From Leucoraja ocellata (taxonomy: Eukaryota): a stretch of 64,000 bases of DNA. Positions 13,701 to 25,700 of the stretch are shown here, piece after piece (within the stretch, counting starts at the first letter, position 1; each line of letters begins with the position of its first letter). Both the position numbers and the translations under genes were made by a program. The notes beneath the pieces are model-generated. The model did no database searches. It was not told the DNA's origin and saw nothing but the letters and a program-made list of their open reading frames with translations. The DNA is taken from positions 2,666,001 through 2,730,000 of the forward strand of contig JAWMAR010000231.1 of the NCBI GenBank assembly GCA_036785375.1, read 5' to 3'.

Positions 13701-16700
13701 GGGCCTGTCCCATGAACATGCGACCTGCATGCTGCAACCGCGACCTAAAGGTCTGGTCCCACCAGCATGCGCCTACATGCGACCAAACGTGGTCGCTTGA
13801 GCCGTACGGCCTCGCGGGGCCGGTCCCACTTCGATCGCCAGAGCCGTATGGAGTTGTGCGGAGCTGGTCCCGACATCGCGCAGGGCTCTGAAAAACTGAC
13901 CGTGTTTAAAAATTCCACGCGGCAACAGCCTGCCGGCCTGCAGCCGCCTCGATGCCGTGTCACTCACTCGACCTCCGCGCTGCTGCCGCTTCTGGTTTGG
14001 TCACGCTTGCCGCATGCTGTACGGCTCAAGTGACCATGTTAGGTCGCGCTTTCCGCATGCTCGTGGGACAGGCCCTTCACTCCTCTTAGAATCTTTCTTC
14101 CTCTTTGGAATGAACTGATCCTGCATCTTCTGTATTATTCCTAGAAATATCTTCAATTGTTGTTCCACTGTCATCCCAGCTAGGGTCTCTTTCTAGTCAA
14201 TTTTGGCCAGCTCCTCCCTCATGCCTCCATAGTGCCCTTTGCTCAACTGTAATACTGACACTTCCCATTTTCCCTTATCCCTCTCAAATTGCAGATTAAA
14301 ACTTATCATATTATGGTCACTACCTCCTAATAGCTCCTTTACCTTGAGTCCCCTTATCAAATCTGGTTCATTACACAACACTAAATACAGAATTGTCTTC
14401 CCCCTGGTAGGCTCCAGTACAAGCTGCTCTAAGAATCCATCTCGGAGGCACTCCACAAACTGCCTTTCTTGGGGTCCAGTACCAACCTGATTTTCCCAGT
14501 CTATCTGCATGTTAAAATCTCCCATAACAACCGTAGCATTACCTTTGCAACATGCCGATTTTAACTTTTGATTCAACTTGCACCCTATATCTAGGCTACT
14601 GTTTGAGGGCCTGTAGATAACTCCCATTAGGGTCTTTTTACCCTCACAATTCCTCAGTTCTATCTATACTAACTCCACATCTCCTGATTCTATGTCACCC
14701 GTCGCAAGGAACTGAATTTCATTCTTAACCAACAGAGCTACCCCACCCCCTCTGCTCACCTGTCTGTCTTTTCGATAGGACGTATACCCCTGAATATTCA
14801 GTTCCCAGCCCTGGTCCTCTTGCAGCCATTCCCTCAACACCATACCTGCCAATTTCTAACTGAGCCTCAAGCTCATCCACTTTATTTCTTATACAACATT
14901 TAAACTTCAGTATTCACCTCCCTTCTCACACCACTCACTTTCCAGAAGCTCCAGGGGTGTCCCTGACTTCCCACATCCTGCAGGATGCACATTGCACCAA
15001 CTGGCCTGCCATTTCTTCAGTGGACAAAAATCACACATGTTTTATCAAGTGTAGCCTCCTTGCCTCAGCCTCCTTGCCAAAGAGTCACACTTTACCTACC
15101 AAAGCACTTCACCTCAACGAGGCTGCTCCCAACAAGGCCGCTCCGCTACAGCTGCACTTCTTTATCTGATACCTAATCCACTACTTCAGGGCTAATTAGT
15201 AAATTACTTGAACCTGGGCCTTTGGTAAGTATGTTGCAAAGCCTACCTGAAGCATCGCTGAAAATCTGTCGCTGCGGGTGTGCGCGATTTTGGCGTCGTT
15301 TAGAGGGGGGCGGATTTAAAACGCGATTTTTCACTAGGCTGTCCCAATCGAGGATGTTCAGCCTAGTTAATTATTAACGGAAAATGCTGGAATATTCCGT
15401 CGCTTTAGCTATTATTAGTTTTAAAGGCTTTATATAATTGTTGTAGTAGTTTAAAAATTAACCTCTAAACCCGCGACCACCGGCAACCGGCAGGATCTCA
15501 TACAGCAGACAACAGAAGGTAGGCTGTTTATTTTTACATTAAAAAGGGCTTCTTAAGATCCCTTTATACAAAGTTTAATGTTGCGAGTAGCTAATTTTGG
15601 GCCCATTATATCCCACAGTATTTTTCTGGGCATTTGAGGGCACAAATCTAGCGCAATGTGAACGTTCTAAACCAGCGCGTTCACAGGATCCCACTAGAAA
15701 GCTGATTTAAATGGACTTTAATTTACAGCAATTGAACACTAAATTCCTTCCATTTGGCCTATAAATTAATGTAAATGAGATTTAAAAATCATGTTTTATT
15801 GTGAATTATTTGTGAATATTATTTGGACACTTAGGCTATTTAAAAACGTTAATCTTTTATTAAGAAATAGATAGATGTTGAGATCTAGTAATTGAAGTTT
15901 GAAATTAGCTCCAATTGAGTAACTAACTAATTATATGCTTTAATTTCAGGTCATCCAAGTAAGATTGATTTATATTTGTTTCAGAATGCTTCAATCTATA
16001 ATACTGAAAATTTCATTCAGTTCTCTTAATTTTTAAGAAAGCTATGGGCTTTTGACTGTCCACGATCACAGCTTTTTTGTTATGTCCATAGAAAATCAAT
16101 AGGGAACAAGATGCTAATTTCCGAGTATGAAAATGGCCATAACGTTTTAAATACTTGAGATATGAAAGTGAATTAGGTGTCAAATTAAACTTCTTTTTAT
16201 GCTTTATCTGATGGAATAAATTGCAGACTTGATTTTTAAAATCTCAAAATTTTGCAACATTGCTACCTTTGGCCCTCTTCTTAAATCTTCTTTCCCTCAC
16301 CTACTTCCAGCCAATACTAGCTCTCGCTGCTTCTGGCTGCTGCTTCTCTCGGACCTTCACGGAAAAAGTTATCATATGGCTACCATTTTTACCCCTCCCT
16401 TGTGTAATGAGATAAGACCTGTGGTGTTGCTGTCAAAGACCTCCTAATTGTCTATTGTTGCCTGTGATGCACAGTGCCCTCTAGTGTAAAACAGCAGCAA
16501 CAACAGCAGCCTGTTTATCAAGTTTCTACTTAAATAGAAACTTGTCGCCATAAAATAATACTAGTTAATGGATTTTCCTTAACTCAGAAAAGTATTGTTC
16601 TGGATTGATGGATGTTATTCCTATCAATGCTTCTTCAAAGAATTTCACTGTGACATGTCACATGTGATAATAACTTTTACATTATATTTTATTACTTTAA

Positions 16701-19700
16701 TACATTTTTTTAGTTGTTATATGTTTTTCAGTGAAGCAGGTGAGTTTAAAGAAAGTGCAGGGAATGAGGTCCCGGTGAGTTTAAAGGGAGTTTGGCACCG
16801 TGTCCCTTTGAGTTTAATGGGAGTGAGAGAATGGATCCCAATATAAAAGTCACAGGAAATCTGCCCTGGTGAGTTTATAAGGAGTATGGGAACAGGACCC
16901 CAGTCACCATTGCCGATAATGCTTTTTATTTATTTATGGATTTGGTGAACTACTTTTAGATTTGGTGAGATTTGAACTTGTGACCCGTCAGTACCAGGCC
17001 TATGCCACTTGTAAGGGACAACAATACTACACTTTTGTATCAGAAAGGGGACAGGTCACCTCAGCCTAAACAGTGCCCATCAACCCAATGCATGGATCAA
17101 CTAAACATTAACCTATGATTTCCTTATCAACTTGTATTCAAATGTGTTCTGTTTTTTTAATTAAGTGCCTGCATGTTCAGCAAGCCATTCTCCAGTGTTA
17201 AACAAAAATAGGCCAAATAAAAAATGCCACCAACACACAAATCTGTGTGAATAGGATCACTGTTGCTGTCTAGAATGAGATAATATCAGGGCCCTGTCAT
17301 AGATATCATACTCTGTCCATATTTCCATCAATAGGTCCATTATTTTAAGATTGGAAATGACCCAAAAAGAAAACAGTTGACTTAATTCATGAATTAATAC
17401 ACATGGTTAGGCATCATATAATTCAGCATTGGCATTGCTATGACATGTATGTCACACAATTTATCTTTGCAATTATTTACTTTGTCACCTACATTTTGCA
17501 TACTATATCTTAATTTAATTGTATATAAATTAGTAGTAATACTACTGGGTGAACAGTCGATGGAAGGTATTCTCTGGGTGCTTTGTTGCTTAGATAGATA
17601 AATACATTGTAAATAGTGTAGATCTTTGCCAAATAATGTAGTGCCGAAGTGTCGAATGTAGCATTTTTGTTTTAAGAAACAATATAGTTAATACATTCAA
17701 GAAACAATAATTTGCAGATGTTGAAAATCTGCAATAAACACAGAAAATTCTTAGGTCAACAGGTCAAGAAACGTCTATGAAGAGAGAGCTAATTCTCCGA
17801 GTCAATGAAATATCAATAGAACTAGGAAGAGTTAGAAGTCAATTACGTTTTAAGTTGCAGAGATGCGGGCAGAGGTGGACAGGATAAAGTAAATACAGGA
17901 TAGAGGTTATGAGACTAAATGATGCAGGTGGTAATCATGTCTTCTGAAGGAAGGTGCTGAAAGCTATAGTTCATACAATCTGGACAGGAGATTTAAAATA
18001 GAAGATGAACGAGAGTTCATCATAGGATGAGGGCAAAAGGAAACTGAAATAACAAGTCTAACAGGACAGTCTTACCTATGGATCCCAGGTGTAAGTACCT
18101 GTAGAAACTGGCTGTGAAAGGTAGGGGGAACACGGGCCAGAGATTGGAAAAGAATAAAAGGCCAGCGATGTGGTAACCTGAGAATGAGACGCTTTCCGCT
18201 CCTTAAAAGAAACAGAATCAGGAGAGCTACAGTAAAATGTTATAGAATAATCTGACAGGCATAAAAAAGGCAAAAACATTGGAGTAACTCAAAATACAAT
18301 TAAATATCGCACAGGAGAGTTGACACACCAGAGGCTTTTCCTATTGCAATATTTATTTTTGGAGGCACGAGGGGCTGAAGAAGGGTTTCGACCCAAAATG
18401 TCACCTATCCATTTCCTCCACAGATGCTCTCTCACCAGCTGAGTTACTCCAGCACTTTGTGTTTTGTGCAATATTCATGTTATTGTTTGTGCTTTGCAGG
18501 CATTTTAGCTGGCCAGCAGGGGGCAGTCAGTCACTATTATGAGGAATCATGTATATGAAGGAACTGCAGATGCTGGCTTAAATCGAAGATAGACATAAAA
18601 TGCTGGAGTAGGGATCTCCCTCTCCACTGACATCAGTCTGAAGTAGGGTCTCGACCCGAAACGTCACCCATTCCTTCTCTCCAGAGATGCTGCCTGTCCC
18701 GTTTAGTTATTCCAGCATTGTGTGCCTATTTTGACTAATCAGTCTGACTGCCATGGCCATGAAGCCCTCAGGTGCTGAAGTAATTGGGCAATGCAGAAAT
18801 TGGTTCTTATTCATGCAACAATTCACTACAATTCTCTGTAATTCACTACAAGCCATCCAAGAAGAAGCAAACAGCAGCTTTGGGTTTTTTTTTCAAGTAA
18901 AGTCCTGTGAACATTGGCTGTTTCTCCAGCCCTCATAGACTCATTAAAAAATTAGATGTAAATTTAAGCTTTACATTTGGATCTGTTTTAAAAGTCACAG
19001 AATATGTTAGGTATATGACTCTATCTAATGTCCCATTAATGTCTCCGACAACAATTACCTGAAAAGTACTGCACGCAACCAACCGGCCGGCATAAAGCAA
19101 AATAAATTCTACCTAATTTCTGAAACTGATACAAGAGCCATTTAAATTTACATACAACTACATCATTTTAGTAAGTCAACAGGATGTGTTTTATTATTCT
19201 GCACATCAAGTATATATAAATGAGATTTTGATTTAATTTTGAGATGAGAGAGCATCAAGGCAACATTTATTACCCATCCTTCATGTTTGAAATATTTGAA
19301 GAGCATCATCTATTTTCTGAGGTACAATTCCACCTCTTGCCCTGATTGTTCATTGAAAATGAATACAATCATGACAAAGATCACTTCAGCAAAAAATAAA
19401 TTTTACATTTTAACTGAAGTAAAAAAAATATGTTGAGAATGTAGAAACCACCTTATACTGCAGCTATATTTCTAAAAACACTTTAAATACATTGATAATC
19501 TTTTGGATACCCAGCCATTGCTGTATAGTATGAAACGCAACAAATGTGCACAAACAAAGTTGCAGTTTGCTCCAGTCTCCTCCCACATCCCAAAGATGTG
19601 CGGGTTTGTAGGCTAATTGGTCTCTTTAAATTTCCCCTTGTGTGTGAGAGTGTGGGATAACATAGAAAATAGGTGCAGGAGTAGGACATAACACCGCCAT

Positions 19701-22700
19701 TCAATATGATCATGGCTGATCATCCAAAAAGAGTATCTCATTCCTGCTTTCTCCCCATATACCTTGATTCTACTAGCCCTAAGAGCTAAATCTAACTCTC
19801 TCTTAAAAACACAGTGAATTGGCCTCCACTGCCTTTTGTGGCAGCGAATTCCACCGATTCACAACCCTCTAGGTGGAATAGTTTTTCCTCATCTCAGTCC
19901 TAAATAGCCAACCCCTTATTCTTAAACTAGTTCTGGACTCCCCCAACATCGGGAACATTTTTCCTGCATCTAGCCTGTCCAATCCCTTAAGAATTGTATA
20001 TGTTTCTATAAGATCCCCTATTGTCTTTGTAAATTCCAGTGAATATAAGCCCAGTCGATCAATTCTTGGGAACAGCGTGGGTGGGTAATCAATGGTCGGC
20101 GTGGAGTCAGTGAGCCAAAGGGCCTGTTTCCATGCTGTATCACTGAACTAAACTGAATTAATCTAAATTAAACTAAACTAAACAACACACAAAGAGGTGC
20201 TGCAGACAATAATGCGATAAAGCAGATAATCTACTTAGGTGATGTTGTCTTTGAAGGATGTCCAAGACAACAGTAAAAACTCTGCAGTTTTTTTATTTCC
20301 CCACGTTACTTTCCAGCCTCTACCTCCACTCTCCTTCCCCAACCTGCCTCCATCTGCTTTCCCCACCTCTTTCTCCTTATCCACCTGCACCTATCCCCAC
20401 TAACCACCATTTCCCAACTCTATCTCTCCCCCACCTGGCTCCGTCAGCCCATCATCCCCCCTCCTCACCTGGTTCAAGTCAAGTCAAGTTTATTTGTCAC
20501 ATACACATACGAGATGTGCAGTGAAATGAAAGTGGCAATGCTCGCGGACTTTTGTGTAAAAGACAAACAACAAAACAACCAAACAATTTATAAACACAAT
20601 CATAACACACATATTCTTTTACATAATAAATAATGGAAAGAAAAACGTTCAGTAGAGTTAGTCCCTGGTGAGATGTGGCGTTTACAGCCCTCCAGCCCCT
20701 GCCTCATCCCTCCCTCTCACGTCTTTACACTGGCTATCTCCTCTCTACACTCTCAGTTCTGATGCAGGGTCTCAATCTGACATGTTGACCATCCCTCTAC
20801 CTCCACAGATGCTGACTAACCTGCTGAGGTCTTCTAGCCTCCAGATTCCAGCATCTGACGTGTCTTGTATCACCAGAGAAAACCCTGGCTTGGCTACACG
20901 TAATGCAATGGAACAGTTTCTGCCCACCCCCAGAGAGAACAGCCAGGGTCTCCATTTAATATCCTATTTGAGCAACGGCACCTCAGTGATTACAACATAC
21001 CCCCAGTCGTGCAGTGAAGTTTCAGCCTGACATTAAGCTGCTGAAAACAGGAGGCAGAAGGTTAGAACAGCTTGAATCCATTTGAAGAAAAGAAAGACTC
21101 TTCTTCAGTCACAAACTGAATCGTTGCCTATCCATGTCCTCCACAGATGCTGCCTGACCTGCTGAGTTATTCCAGCACTTTGTGCTTTTTTGTAAACCAG
21201 CATCTGCAATCCCTTGTGTTTGAATCCATTGGACATTGTGTGTACTTCACCTTCGCTGTTGTGATAGGAGTTTTGGATAGAAATTGTCACCCTTTTTGTG
21301 GATTTATTTGCATATCGTGTGCATGTGACTGGGATGGCATCTGGCTTTTAGGTTAAAATATAAAAACACAATTCAGTAAGGTCAGAGTTTGCATTACAGG
21401 TACTTCAAAAATACAAAGTCTGTACGAAACAAAATATAGTGCTCAAAGTTGTTGCCAGCTTCACAAATTCTGCTCAATTTCCCTTCACACATTTTTACTA
21501 ATAGTCTGCCTAAAATTGCAGGTTGGCAAAATCCATTTTGCAGAGATGTGGTTGTTTCATATTAAACCACAATTGTACGTAAACCTGTTACTAAGTCTCC
21601 TTCACCACAATCATACTCTCACTAAACGCTTCCCATTAAAATTAATTGCCTGACATTTCCACAGTGATTCTCCATAGGCAATCCTAGGATTTAAAAATGT
21701 TTAAAATAGCCATTTGTATTATTCCTGTCTATCGTGGATATTATGGCAGGGGACAGGACAAGTTCAGTGAATTTTTAATCCATTCAAACCATGTTCCACT
21801 TCACACCAACAGCAACAGCTGTCTGTACAAATATATTTCAATGCTCTGTCGCTGACCATAGCTGACTTCATTCAGAGAACCGTGACTGACAGAAGAGATT
21901 AAACTGGGAAGATATTACACCAGGTTTTATGATGCAAGTCCACCTTCTTAACTCCTTACAAAATCCACATGCTCTATTATGCAAATAAACAGCTACAAAA
22001 CACCTCTGGGCATTCAGCAAGCCTGGACAGATAAGGCTCTGAAAGATTCATGGGAATCTAGGTCTGCAGAACTGTCGAAGCTCCTTCATCCCTGCACTTT
22101 GGGAAGCCGCATATTGGAGCCGACTGATCGGAATCACATGTGTTCCTTTGATGCAGTCACCTGCAACATGCAGCAGGAGCATGTGTTGTTGCGTTGTTGC
22201 TGCTCTCACATTGCTGCAGTGGGTGCAGTTCCTGCAGTTTGACTCAGCCATTATATCTGAAGCTTGGCAGGAAAGGTCCGAAAGACGAATCCTTCCATCC
22301 ACAATGATCCCAAGGCATGATGGCTTCAGTCAAGTCAGCCCCAATTATATTTCTAAACTCCTTGAACTATTCTAGACTATTTTATTGCTACATTTGTGGA
22401 AGAGTGATCTAGAGGTTGAGGTACATAGCTCTCTGAAGGTGGCGACATGGATGAACACAGATGAAGGCATTTGGCAGACTCCGTTGATGTTCTGTGTCCT
22501 ACTGAATGTCTAATCTGCAGTACCCGTCATGCCTGGCCCAGGCAGATGGCTCAGGACCACAACAAGACTTGAATGCTGCCCTGATACCTTCCTCCAATGA
22601 CAAACCCGCACCATGGAAATTCTGGTCCCTAAAAGACTGAAATTCCAGGAGTGTATCTTCTTGTAGTTTTTACTGAAGAGCCATTGGTCCAGTCAACAGT

Positions 22701-25700
22701 TGTTCAAAATCCACTTAAACATGTAAATGGTGGTTCTCTGGAGTTCCGAAAGCACTTTGGAAATTTACTCTCCAAGAGTTAACTACAGTTCTTAAAAAAA
22801 ACTGGGTGTGCTTGCTGTAATATAGACAATCAGGTTGTGCCGGTTTTAGCATCCAGCCACCATAAATTAGTTGCCGAACAGGTCCAGTCATTACACAAGC
22901 ATCCATCACTGGTTTATCCTTTGAGTTTCTGGTATTTTTGTTGTTTGGGAAATCACTCTTATTCTCAGATTAATAACAGATAACACTGGGGTGAGGCAGT
23001 TTTGAGCAGGCTCATACCCTGGGAAAAACTCAAAAGTAGTTTCAAAACATTGGACAAAGAACCCCAGCTAACTCCAACATTCAAATCATTTTAATTTGCC
23101 TTTGGCTGTCACTAGGTCCCAATGAAAGGATGTCACTCAGTTTAAGTTGATAAGTTTCGCCAATTAAATCAGGATGGAATCATTCTCAATCCCTCTCCCT
23201 CTCTCTCTCTCTTGCTCCCTCTCCAAAACCAAGATCAGATTCAGAATCCCTGAGGCAGAGTCACTGGAGAAGAACTGCTCATTGGTTGACAATTTTATGC
23301 CCACCAACTGCTCTAGGGGGCAACTGTTAACCTGTTCAGTGCCACCCACGAGTATACTTGGATCATGGCCATTAATAAAAAACAACTTGGCAGCGAACAG
23401 GTTAAAGATAAGTGGATGACTATTTCTAACCTATATAAAGTTATTTGATTTCTTTAAGGGTTTACAAGTCTTTAAAACTCTGGTCCTGAGAGTGGGATGG
23501 AAGTAGTGACTTACTATATTTATAGCAGAGCTAGATCAGTTCTTGATAAGCAAGGGCTTTGAAAGTTACCACAATGGACAGGATTGTAGAGTTGAGATAA
23601 AAATCACAATCTTATTAAATGGTGAAAAAGGCTTGAGGAGCTAAGTGGTCGATTCCTGCTATGCAATTCATATGCAATATAAAATGTCAGAATACTAGTG
23701 TCTGTTTTCTGTGAAGTTGCTGCTAGATTTTTAATGTCTGTTTACTTTGCAACCTGTAGAATGCAACAGGAAGATGCTGTAATTTGACGTGAATGTCCAT
23801 TGTTTTAGCACCACTTTGTTTTACAAGTACAGTAGATCACAAATTAATGCCCAGAGTTCTTTACAAGAAACTGAACTGATGATCGGACAATAAGAAGACT
23901 GAATGTCAATGAAGAAGATGTCAACTCTGACATCTGGGGCCGAGTACAGAGAGGAAAAGAGAGAATTAAAAAAAAACATGAAATGGAGTTTGAATTTCTA
24001 ATTAAAAGAACTGCCCATCACTTCTTTGTATCAATCAACTCACCCATATAAGAGAGCTTTACTGCTAAGAAACCTGCTTATGTGCACGTTTCCTCATTCC
24101 TTTCAATGTATGGAATCAAGATTAACCACATGGATGTGTACATTTTTATTCATAGGATTTAAAGTAGGAAACTACATTTTCCTCAATCAACATCCTTTTA
24201 ATTAAGAGTTCAGATCGCAGAATTTCAGTTTCCTGGTTAGTAAGCCATTCCTTTACTCACAAAAAGCAGTTTTTCACGGTCTCTCGGTACGTGACAGTAA
24301 TATACCAATGATGATTAAATCAGCTCTCAGCTTTGAATAAAAACATAAGATTTAGTAGGAGGTGAAGGCCCTTCAGCCCTTTGAACCCGTGCCAACTATC
24401 AATTAGATCAAAGTTAACCTTTCACTACTTTCATAAACTGATCCCATACCCTTCAGTCTTATTAAATCTAAAAAGTTATTGGTTTGAATGTTAACACCTT
24501 CAAATGTTTTGCTGATTGGCAATCCTCACATTTTTGTGACTGCAGCTAAAGATCATAAGCTTATAAGTGATAGGGGCAGAATTAGGCCATTCGGCCCATC
24601 AAGTCTACTCCGCCATTCAATCATGGCTGACTTATCTCTCCTAACCTCATTCTCCTGCCTTCTCCTCATAATTTCTGACACCCGTACTAAACCCATACTA
24701 AACCCACAGATTAGACTACAATCTTGCACCATTCTGTTTTACGCTCGTTGTTTTATTTATTGCTATATTTATCATTACACTACATATATGGTTTACTGTG
24801 AGCTTCATGTGAACAAGGAATTTCACTGCACACTGGTGTACATGACAAAAAACAAATCTGAATCTTGTGCCTCAGATGTAGGCTCATCCCACCACAAGGG
24901 GCAATGAAAGGTCAATTTTACAACTACACCTAGATCTCACAGAATTTGGATTAAAAAATCTCCAGTAGTCAATTTTCGTCATTACACCAGTCTCATTGTT
25001 ATGACAACCTCCATTTTGTTAGGGCAGGCACACCCTGTGGTTATCAGGAGAACTATAAACTGTGAGAAACCCTCGAGTTTAAAAAAAAAACATTTAAATA
25101 TACTTAAGTGTAACAGTTTAAACATCCTGTGGAAATTGAGTACAAATCCCAAAATGTGGCATTAATGTTGTCCGTTTATTCCTGTTGTTTTTATTTTTAT
25201 TCACATTTTTTTCATTAATATCTTGTCCACTCTAACTTCTCAGGCAATTCAAACACAGTTAACAGACCCATAGAACGTAAAAACAAAATCTCAAATTTCT
25301 GGATTTGGTCTAATTTTTGATATTGCTAATATCTTAGTAATTCAACTGAATTCTTGCTAGTTTTTTTTCTGTTCCTTTTTGCATAGGTCTTTTAACATAT
25401 TGTGTAGGAAGGAACTCAAGATGCTGGTTTAAACAGAAGACAGACACAAAATGCTGGAGTAAATCAGTGGGACAGGCACCATTTCTGGGGTGAAGGAATG
25501 GGTGTCGTTTTAAGTCGAGACTAGGGTCTCGACACCCATTCCTTCTCCCCAGAGATGCTGTTCCTGTTCCATCTTTCAACATATTGGCGCGACTCGCGTC
25601 GCAGCGGCCTCTGCAGTCCGTCTGTCTTTTTATTATTTTTTGTCTCGTTTGAATGTAGTTTTTATTTTTATTTTTTGTGTATGTGTGTGGGTATGTGTGT

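Larger units (their letters stand above)
11332..15225 (-). mobile_element. Long degenerate CR1 LINE (most of ORF2 plus 5' region; may resume at 16273-16370) with four nested insertions
   Basis: ORF pieces 14664..14852, 14193..14627 (GDFN, SDHN), 12991..13461, 12461..12664 (FAD), 12215..12460 and 11526..11846; tail with ATTGTCT repeats. Confidence 0.92.

Noticed and set aside
16739-16901. Repeat-spacer appearance suggesting a CRISPR array
   Set aside because: Eukaryotic intron, conserved part only ~10 bp, spacers similar to each other, no cas genes.
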